Shown one piece after another: positions 26,164 through 34,500 of a DNA stretch of 37,510 bases. Positions within the stretch are counted from its first letter, which is position 1. The number at the start of each line of letters is the position of its first letter. A program made the position numbers and the translations under genes. Under the pieces are notes generated by a model. It ran no database searches, had not been told where the DNA came from, and worked only from the letters and a program-made list of their open reading frames with translations. The stretch lies in the sequence record SRR2962707_1896, one strand, 5' to 3'.

Positions 26164-28563
26164 ATGAAAGTAAGAAAAACCATTATCACAATTTTTGGAA
26201 TCCTTGTTTCCATTCTTTCCATAGCGCAGGATCAAACAGTAAAGGGTATTATCCTGGATGCTCAGGTAGAATACCCACTCATTGGTGCAACCATTCAGCT
26301 TGTTGGATCGGATCCAATTCAAGGTGCAGTAGCAGACGTAAATGGAGCATTCAGAATCGAAAATGTTCCTGTAGGTAGACAGACCTTTGCCGTAACCTAT
26401 ATTGGTTATAAGAGCATAACCCTACCAAATGTTTTGGTCACTTCCGGAAAGGAAGTTGTGTTGCGTGTTCTCCTGGAAGAGTCTGTGGAAAAGCTATCAG
26501 AGGTTGTTGTAACAGCGTCCGCTGACAAAGATCTTCCAATCAATGACATGGCCAAGGTAAGTGCCAGAACTTTTAGCCTTGAAGAGGTCACGAGATTTTC
26601 CGGCGGAAGAAATGATGTTGCCAAGTTGGCTACCTCCTTCGCTGGCGTCAATGCGACAAACGATGCAAGGAATGATATCGTGGTAAGGGGTAACTCCCCC
26701 ATTGGATTACTCTGGAGAGTCGAAGGAATTCCGATTGCAACAACCAACCATTTTGCTACACAAGGAACAACAGGCGGACCGGTTAATGCTCTCAATACTA
26801 ATCTCTTGAGAACTTCAGATTTTCTCACTGGTGCCTTTCCATCTGAGTATGGAAATGCCAACGCTGCAGTTTTTGATGTTTTTTTCCGAAACGGAAATAC
26901 GGATAAACTCGAATTCACTGGCCAGCTATCAGCATTTAGCGGATTAGAATTCATGGCAGAGGGACCAATTAGCAAAGCAAATAACTCCTCTTTTGTGGCT
27001 TCATACCGTTATGGAATAGCAAGTCTGGCTGCAACTGGTACCTCAGCGATCCCATTCTATCAGGATATTTCATTCAAAGTCAATCTGGGTGAGACTAAAA
27101 TTGGAAGGTTTGAGCTCTTTGGTTTAGGGGGAAAAAGTAAGATTGATTTCCTGGGTGATGAAATAGATGATACAGATCTTTTTGCGGACCCGGAACAAGA
27201 TGCATTTGTCAATAATGAGTTGGGTTTGATTGGAATGTCACACACGCTCCGATTTAGCAAGAACACCTATCTAAAGACATCACTTGGAGCCTCCACCAAT
27301 TACAACGAATACCTACAGGACAATAGAATGTTGGATGCTAATGATGAATTACTTGGGAAATACAGAGCGACCAACGTCGAAAATAGAGAAAACCGATATA
27401 CGGTCACTTCAACATTGAATACCAAGTTCAATGCACGATGGAGCCTAAGAACCGGGTTTCTAAATGAGATCTATGATCTGGACTTATTTGCTGAAGATCG
27501 TGATGATAGGGTGTCAATTCCTGATGATAATAATGATGGTATTCCTGATTACTTTCTTGTGAACACGGATGTCGATGAAACCTACAATTTATTTCAGGCC
27601 TACAGTCAGGCAGAATATAAAATTACCGACGAATTGTCCACTACGTTCGGACTTCACAGTCAATACCATGAATTCATGGAAGACTTTATACTAGAACCTC
27701 GTGCCGCAATCAGCTGGCAACAAACACCCATTCAAAGATGGAGTCTGGCATACGGACTACATGGACAGGCCATTCCTGCACCCTTGTTATTCTTCCAGGA
27801 AGAAATTTCACCAGGAAATACAGTAAGAACTAACGCGGATTTAGGATTTATGAAAGCGCATCATTTCGTTTTTGGAATGGATCGAAATCTAAGCCAGGAT
27901 TGGAGGCTCAAGGCTGAAGTATATTATCAGCAAATCTTTGACATTCCAGTGGAAAGTACTCCCTCAAGCTACTCACTTGTCAATGAAGGCAATGACTTCA
28001 TTTTCGAAGAAAAAGGTTCATTGGTCAATGATGGAACAGGATTTAACTATGGTATTGAAGCAACTCTTGAGAAGTTCTTTAGCAGAAATTACTATTTACT
28101 TCTCACTACTTCCGTTTTCGAGTCACAATATGAAGGAAGTGATGGCATACAGCGAAACACGGTCTTCAATAATAATTACGTGCTAAATGCACTTTTTGGA
28201 AAAGAATGGAAGTTCGGTGCAAACAAGCAAAATGCATGGACATTTGACACCAAATTGACCACTTCCGGAGGACGACCTTACACACCCATTGACATACAAG
28301 CGACAAGAGATAACCTTGGTAGAGAAGTACGCATGGATGAGGTAGCATTCAGTGAAAGATATGGGCAATACTTTCGATGGGATATGAAGTTTGGAGTGCG
28401 ATTAAATCGTCAGAAAGTGTCTCACCAGTTTTTCGTGGATTTTCAAAATGTAACAAATCGCAAAAATGAATTTGTAAGAAGGTATAATGATGTCACCGGG
28501 CAAATCAATGTGGTGGAACAAATTGGGTTTTTTCCGGATGTCATGTATCGAATTCAATTTTAA
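26164..28563 (+). CDS. TonB-dependent outer-membrane receptor with N-terminal carboxypeptidase-regulatory-like domain
   Basis: Signal peptide, Q.VKG.ILD...PLIGAT domain, LSEVVVTA, plug NDIVVRGNSP...TGAFPSEYGNA, C-terminal YRIQF. Confidence 0.93.
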   Translation: MKVRKTIITIFGILVSILSIAQDQTVKGIILDAQVEYPLIGATIQLVGSDPIQGAVADVNGAFRIENVPVGRQTFAVTYIGYKSITLPNVLVTSGKEVVLRVLLEESVEKLSEVVVTASADKDLPINDMAKVSARTFSLEEVTRFSGGRNDVAKLATSFAGVNATNDARNDIVVRGNSPIGLLWRVEGIPIATTNHFATQGTTGGPVNALNTNLLRTSDFLTGAFPSEYGNANAAVFDVFFRNGNTDKLEFTGQLSAFSGLEFMAEGPISKANNSSFVASYRYGIASLAATGTSAIPFYQDISFKVNLGETKIGRFELFGLGGKSKIDFLGDEIDDTDLFADPEQDAFVNNELGLIGMSHTLRFSKNTYLKTSLGASTNYNEYLQDNRMLDANDELLGKYRATNVENRENRYTVTSTLNTKFNARWSLRTGFLNEIYDLDLFAEDRDDRVSIPDDNNDGIPDYFLVNTDVDETYNLFQAYSQAEYKITDELSTTFGLHSQYHEFMEDFILEPRAAISWQQTPIQRWSLAYGLHGQAIPAPLLFFQEEISPGNTVRTNADLGFMKAHHFVFGMDRNLSQDWRLKAEVYYQQIFDIPVESTPSSYSLVNEGNDFIFEEKGSLVNDGTGFNYGIEATLEKFFSRNYYLLLTTSVFESQYEGSDGIQRNTVFNNNYVLNALFGKEWKFGANKQNAWTFDTKLTTSGGRPYTPIDIQATRDNLGREVRMDEVAFSERYGQYFRWDMKFGVRLNRQKVSHQFFVDFQNVTNRKNEFVRRYNDVTGQINVVEQIGFFPDVMYRIQF

Positions 28564-28573
28564 CCTAATAAAT

Positions 28574-28816
28574 ATGATCACTAATTCAACTATCAAAACC
28601 AGCACAATGATTTTCCGAACTTCCATTAGAAATGAATGGGATTTAAAAATTGCCAGGGCATTCCTCAACAACAATCAACATATTCGTCGTTGGTCCATTG
28701 ATTTGGATGACTGGGAAAAGATTTTGAAAATAGAAACGGATACCTACCTGAAAATTTCCGACGTTGAGAGAAGAATTTCAACACTTGGATTTGAGTGCAA
28801 AGAACTTGACCATTAA
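28574..28816 (+). CDS. Small hypothetical protein, HMA/ferredoxin-like fold suspected
   Basis: IFRTS...I.RWSIDLDD.EKILKIE...LGFEC.EL pattern; ATG 28574 lies 10 nt after the receptor stop (alternative start 28607). Confidence 0.75.
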   Translation: MITNSTIKTSTMIFRTSIRNEWDLKIARAFLNNNQHIRRWSIDLDDWEKILKIETDTYLKISDVERRISTLGFECKELDH

Positions 28817-28850
28817 GAATTCACATTAGGTAGTGATAGTTTGGTGATTA

Positions 28851-28879
28851 AAGGAGCTCTGCAAATTGCAGGGCTCTTT
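28851..28879 (+). terminator. Probable terminator of the receptor operon
   Basis: AAGGAGCTCTGCA-AAT-TGCAGGGCTCTTT hairpin. Confidence 0.6.
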
Positions 28880-28893
28880 ATCTTTAGGCTAAT

Positions 28894-30033
28894 ATGGATC
28901 AAAGTAAATATGATTATGCCTTTGTTGGAGCTGGAGCTGCAGGACTTCAGCTTATTCTTAAAATGATCAATGATCCATTTTTCAAGGATACTTCCATCCT
29001 TGTCATTGATAAGGATAACAAAACAACCAATGATCGCACCTGGTGCTTCTGGGAAAAGGGGGAGACAAAATTTGACCAACTTGCCACCCAAACCTGGGCT
29101 AAAGGGAAGTTTATTAATAGTACTGATACGATAGATTTTGAACTGTATCCGTATCGGTATAAAATGGTCCGATCATCGGATTTTTATGCCTATGCCCTGC
29201 AAAAAATAAATGAATCATCAAACGTCAAATGGATTAATGATGATATTATAGATGTTGATGGAAGAGCAATTAAAGGAAAATCGACAATCTATCAGGCAAG
29301 CCATATTTTTGACAGTCGCATTCCTGATAAATTTTTCCAAGAACAACATAAGTACCATTCCTTAATTCAGCATTTCAAAGGGTGGTTTATCATAACCAAA
29401 GAAGAAGTATTTGATCCAGATACATTTGTTATGATGGATTATCGAATCAAATGGAATGATAGCACCAGCTTTACGTATGTCTTACCTACATCAAGCAAGT
29501 CGGCACTAGTTGAATTCACTTTATTTAATGATCAACTCCTTGAGAAGGATGACTATGATGTGTACTTAAAAAAATACATATCTGACAATCTCAACATCAA
29601 AGAATATGAAATCGAGGAGGTAGAACTAGGCCAGATCCCAATGTCCGATTACCCCTTTCATAAACACCATGAAAAGCATATAACCAAGATTGGGACTGCC
29701 GGCGGATGGGTTCGGCCATCCTCAGGGTATTCTTTTAAAAATGCGGATCGCTATTCATCTTGTATCATTGACAATCTCAAGAAGGGCAAAAAACCTCACA
29801 GTGGGATCGCCACTTCTCGATTCAGAATGTATGATTCAATTTTCCTGAATGTATTGTCAAATCGAAATGATCTAGGGGAGGAAATATTTACTCGTCTTTA
29901 CACAAAACCACCCATCCATTCCGTATTCAGATTTCTTGATGAGGAGAGCGGATTCTTGGAGGACTTAAGGGTCATGTTTTCACTAAACAGGCCTCAATTC
30001 TGGAAAGCATTCTTCGGAACATTCTTCAAATGA
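28894..30033 (+). CDS. Lycopene cyclase family flavoprotein (CrtY-like)
   Basis: GAGAAG FAD motif, NDRTWCFW, QHFKGW, MMDYR, FTYVLP...ALVEFT, E.G.IPM and IGTAGG...PSSGY. Confidence 0.88.
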   Translation: MDQSKYDYAFVGAGAAGLQLILKMINDPFFKDTSILVIDKDNKTTNDRTWCFWEKGETKFDQLATQTWAKGKFINSTDTIDFELYPYRYKMVRSSDFYAYALQKINESSNVKWINDDIIDVDGRAIKGKSTIYQASHIFDSRIPDKFFQEQHKYHSLIQHFKGWFIITKEEVFDPDTFVMMDYRIKWNDSTSFTYVLPTSSKSALVEFTLFNDQLLEKDDYDVYLKKYISDNLNIKEYEIEEVELGQIPMSDYPFHKHHEKHITKIGTAGGWVRPSSGYSFKNADRYSSCIIDNLKKGKKPHSGIATSRFRMYDSIFLNVLSNRNDLGEEIFTRLYTKPPIHSVFRFLDEESGFLEDLRVMFSLNRPQFWKAFFGTFFK

Positions 30034-30906
30034 TCACAATTTGAATCGTATGCCAATACGATAATGCATTACATCGGCCGTGCTCAAACTCTCTATTTTA
30101 CGACGATTTTCCCTCAATTGAATAACTGGATTCAATGATCGGGTTATGGTAAGAAACGACTCAATGTGATCTGATAATTTGTATTCAAATCTGGATCCAA
30201 GTAAGACCATATTTATTCTAATCCTGCTTGCTACTTCATTTGAGCTTAGCATCTGATTTCGTTGAAGGTTAGCATTAAACCCATCCAGAGTTGCATACAA
30301 TTTCAGCCTTACTGTTTCCGATGCATGATATTGAAGATTAGATATGGGTGCTCCAATATTGTAAGACCATTTTAAGCTGAACTTTTTATAATAGCTAATG
30401 AATGGAATCGGGAACGGAATTCCGCCGTTTCCTGAATAGGCAGCTCCAATGATAATCCTGAAAGGTTTACCATTCTCAACGTCCTTCTTATCCTTGACGA
30501 AAGCAACAACGCTTGAGAAAACAAGATCATGCGAAGAAAATCCATTTTCCAATGTGGAGCTTAGTCCCGGAGTAGTTTGCAAAGCAAATCTCCAATCATC
30601 ATTGATTGGAAAAGTGTATGTGAGATTAAAATCGATCAAAGTGAAATCATCAGCCTCGGTTTTATCAAAAACATCAATATCCTCTCTGAAGTTGAGATGA
30701 ATCTCACTGTAATCTAACCCGGTAAACAGATACACTCCTTCCTTGACCTTAAATGGAAGATTGAAAAGAATACGTCTTCGACTGTATTCAAAATTCGAGT
30801 TCTCTCCCGGAACCAGAGTATACTCCATTCGTCCCAGATCAAGAAACTGTGATTTTGCAACCCCACAAATTCCTACAAATGTTAAAATCAGAAAAACTGT
30901 CTTCAT
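30034..30906 (-). CDS. Outer-membrane beta-barrel protein (DUF6268-like)
   Basis: Signal peptide from ATG 30906 (AKS-Q), G.PFPIPFISY motif, beta-strand pattern, terminal GIRFKL. Confidence 0.8.
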   Translation of the reverse strand: MKTVFLILTFVGICGVAKSQFLDLGRMEYTLVPGENSNFEYSRRRILFNLPFKVKEGVYLFTGLDYSEIHLNFREDIDVFDKTEADDFTLIDFNLTYTFPINDDWRFALQTTPGLSSTLENGFSSHDLVFSSVVAFVKDKKDVENGKPFRIIIGAAYSGNGGIPFPIPFISYYKKFSLKWSYNIGAPISNLQYHASETVRLKLYATLDGFNANLQRNQMLSSNEVASRIRINMVLLGSRFEYKLSDHIESFLTITRSLNPVIQLRENRRKIESLSTADVMHYRIGIRFKL

Positions 30907-30975
30907 TCCAATCTGCCAAGATCGACAAATTGAATCAGGTATGATATGAAATAAATTTCCACTCATCGAAAAGCG

Positions 30976-30993
30976 GTGACATAGGGCTGTCAC
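30976..30993. promoter_or_regulatory. Palindromic operator GTGACA-N6-TGTCAC
   Basis: Perfect 6-6-6 inverted repeat in the divergent intergenic region, 45 nt upstream of the SnoaL-like gene. Confidence 0.55.
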
Positions 30994-31038
30994 TCTGAAG
31001 CATTTCTTTGAAATATGTTTCAATAAATCAAGAAAATC

Positions 31039-31416
31039 ATGACAACAGAAGAAGTAGCAAAAAAACTGGTAGCCCTGTGTAGAGAAGGAAAATTTGAGCA
31101 AGCCATTCAAGAATTGTATTCACCCAGCATCATAAGTGTTGAGCCAGAAGGTGGCCCATGGGGTACTGTTCAAGGATTTGAGGCGATTGCTCAAAAAGGG
31201 AAAGAATGGAATGAAATGGTTGCAGAGTTTCATTCAAGTGAAATTTCGGATCCTTTGGTAGCTGAGAATTTTTTCTCAATTGCTATGAAATCCAACATTA
31301 CAATGAAAGGAATGGATCATCCAATTGACATGGATGAGGTTTGTGTATATGAGGTAAATGATGGTAAGGTGGTGAAGGAACAGTTCTTCTACACACCTAT
31401 ACCACAGCCGGCATAA
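31039..31416 (+). CDS. SnoaL-like / NTF2-fold protein
   Basis: A..LV.LCR.G....A..ELY...I.SVE, G..AI..K and M.EVCVYEV.DGKVVKEQFFY. Confidence 0.88.
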   Translation: MTTEEVAKKLVALCREGKFEQAIQELYSPSIISVEPEGGPWGTVQGFEAIAQKGKEWNEMVAEFHSSEISDPLVAENFFSIAMKSNITMKGMDHPIDMDEVCVYEVNDGKVVKEQFFYTPIPQPA

Positions 31417-31442
31417 TCTCATACTTAGAATCATAAGAAAAC

Positions 31443-31470
31443 AAAAGCGACCCTCTTAGGGTCGCTTTTT
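31443..31470. terminator. Bidirectional intrinsic terminator
   Basis: AAAAGCGACCCT-CTT-AGGGTCGCTTTTT. Confidence 0.88.
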
Positions 31471-31546
31471 AACATCTGCCTTAAGCAAATGCCAGCCTTA
31501 GTTAATCTTCCCACTATGGCACATCAAAAAAAGATTTTGAATCACA

Positions 31547-34500
31547 TTACTGTTTTATTACAGTCTTACTTAATTGGCTTGATGATGTCTCGATTATCAT
31601 CAGGTATATTCCTGCGCTTAGTTCATCCAAGCTTATTTCAAGCTTATCAGAATCTGAAGTCGGCACAACTCCTATCACCTTCTGACCTATGGTATTGTAG
31701 AAGCTTATGTTCATGGTATTATTTGGCAGTTCAACCATCAATGTGGTCTTTACAGGATTTGGATACACACGAACAATATCCTCTTCTTCTAATCCCAGGG
31801 CCTCATTAACTGTAACTACAAATTTGTCGGCCACACTACCTCCTTTTCCATCGTCAGCAGTTATTGTTATTGTCGCAATTCCTGTTCCTGCTTCAGTCAG
31901 TGTTAGTGTATTTCCTGAAACAGCCGTGGTTACTACTGAATTCGCAGTGTTACTAACTGAATAAGTAAGAGGATCCCCATCTATATCACTGAATACATTA
32001 CCTAAATCTATCGCACTACTTCCAAAACCCTCATCCAGACTCAAATCAGCTATTGCTGCAAATACGGTAGGTGAGTTGTTAGGCATAGCGATTACATTAA
32101 CAACAAAAACGTCACTAATACTTCCGCCTTTTCCATCATTTGCAGTTACACTAATATTAGAAGTTCCTGGAGCCACTTCCGTCAGAGTCAAAGTGTTGTT
32201 AGATAAAGAAACAGTAATTACATTTTCAGAGGAGTTACCTACCGTGAAGGTAAGCGCATCCCCATCTGCATCGCTAAATACACCGGATAGATCAACATCC
32301 TTACTACCAAAGCCTTCATCCAGATTTTGATCTGATATTGCAGACGCTACAGTTGGAGCATTATTACCAGGTGTCATCACATTCACTGTAAAAGTGTCTT
32401 CTACATTTCCTCCTTTACCATCATTGGCTGTGACTGTAATGTCGCAAGTTCCTAGTGCCACTTCCGTCAAGGTTAGTGTATTACCGGATATTGAAGCAGC
32501 TATTATACTCTCATTTGAACTACTCGCCGTAAGGCTCAGTACATCACCATCGACATCATTAAATACACCAGCTAAATCAATAACCTTACTTCCAAAGCCT
32601 TCATCCAAATTTTGATCCGATATAGCAGATGCTACTGTTGGAACGTTATTACCTGCTGCAATCACATTCACAGTGAAAATATCATTCACGTTACCACCAT
32701 TTCCATCATTGGCAGTGACTGTTACCGTGCAAGTTCCTGGAGCTACCTCTGTCAAGGTCAGTGTATTGCCAGATATTGAAGCGGTTACAACTGTCTCATC
32801 CGAGCTGCCAGCGGAAAAACTCAACACATCTCCATCGACATCACTAAATACCACGGATAGATCAAAATCTTTACTACCATAGCCTTCTTCCAGGTCTTGA
32901 TCGGATATAGCGGATGATACCGTTGGAGCATTATTCCCAGCTGCATTCACGATTACTGCAAAAGTATCATCTACACTTCCTCCTTTGCCATCATTTGCAG
33001 TCAGTGTAATTGTAGATGCTCCTAACCCCACTTCAGTCAAGGTCAGTGAATTACCAGATATTGAAACAGTTACTACACTCTCATCGGAACTGGTGACATT
33101 AAAGCTCAATGCATCCTCATCTGCATCACTAAATACACCAGATATATCAATGACCTTACTACCAAAGTCTTCTTCGAGATTTTGATCCAATATAGCATTG
33201 GAGACCGTTGGAGAATTATTTACAAATACATCAAATGATTCATCTACTGTTCCACCAAACCCATCATCTGCAGTAAGCGTAATCGTAGAAGTACCGGTTC
33301 CTACTTCTGTCAGAGTCAAAATATTCCCATCTACCGAACCAGTAATCACATTTTCATTGGAGGAACTCACTGTATATGTGAGAAGATCATCATCAACATC
33401 AGTGAAAATATTACTAAAATCAATTTCCTGAGAGCCAAATCCTTTTTGAAAACCAAGGTTTGAAATAGCATTAGAAACTGTTGGAGCGACGTTATTTTCA
33501 TCCACGTTACCGTCGCAATTATTATCAATCTTATCATTGATGTCCGTGGCGTCAGGATTGATTTCAGCATCACTATCATCACAGTCGTCGCTGTTGGAAA
33601 CATGACTTTGCGGTTGTGAACAATCCTCGACGGATGAATTTGCATCTCCATAACCGTCCCCGTCGATATCTGCATACCAGGTTGCCAATTCAGGGCAATA
33701 TTCAACAGTAAATTGCTCAGCAGCTTCATTTCCATTTCCATCTCCATCCAGAACCACATTTGCATCTATATTAATTGTAACGATCCCAACCGATGCTGCA
33801 GTAATTTCTACACTATATGTGCCATCTTCATTTATGTTTAATACATCGACAATTCCATTGCTGATTGTCAAGTCGCTTGCATCAAATCCAAAGACCGGCT
33901 CATCAAATGTCACAGTTACTTGAAATGAGCTCGCAGAACTGAATTGTGAACCAGATATGCTAACTGTTGGAGAGGTAACATCCTTATTCTTATACCATGC
34001 CAATGTATTATTAATTGCTGAAGCTGATAGAATATCCAAATCACCATCCCCATCCAAGTCGGCTGCAAATACAGACGCTGCTCCATTAGCCGCTTCATTG
34101 AGGTAACTACCGGTAAACGTACCTGTACCGTTGTTATCGTACAATATGACATTATCCCCATCATAAGAGGCCGATATGATATCCATATGCCCGTCACCAT
34201 TTACATCAGCCGGGTGTACGTGAATCGGGTTATCATTACCTCCGGGAGGAGTTAACGTGATATTATTAAACGTACCATCATTATCATTATTTCTAAACCA
34301 CTTAATTCTATCTGTATCCGTTGCAAAAGTAGCGGTTAAATCCGTATACCCATCCCCATTAAAATCAGCAGCCTCAACGGCATGCGCAGCATTATTTGCA
34401 TCAGCATGTACAGTCACGGCAGTATTGAGTGTGAAATCTCCCATACCCTTGTTGACGTACCATCTCACACTTCCATCTTCTGAGGCAGAAAATACATCTA

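Noticed and set aside
26043-28674. Alternative-frame and antisense ORFs within the TonB receptor gene (e.g. 26406-26975, 189 aa)
   Set aside because: No motifs, and they overlap a well-supported gene for most or all of their length.
30907-31110. N-terminal extension of the 30034 ORF (likewise extensions at 1623, 9971, 18307 and 28487)
   Set aside because: Most overlap neighbouring genes; downstream ATGs give clean signal peptides or operon spacing.
31805-33496. CRISPR array or DGR template/variable repeat pair
   Set aside because: The repeats are in-frame protein domains diverged at all base types, with no repeat-spacer structure and no cas or reverse transcriptase gene in the window.
9913-33680. 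A dispersed copper system (CutC, HMA-like small protein, MopE-like motif)
   Set aside because: The genes are far apart in unrelated operons, the small protein lacks CxxC, and the family names do not demonstrate copper function.
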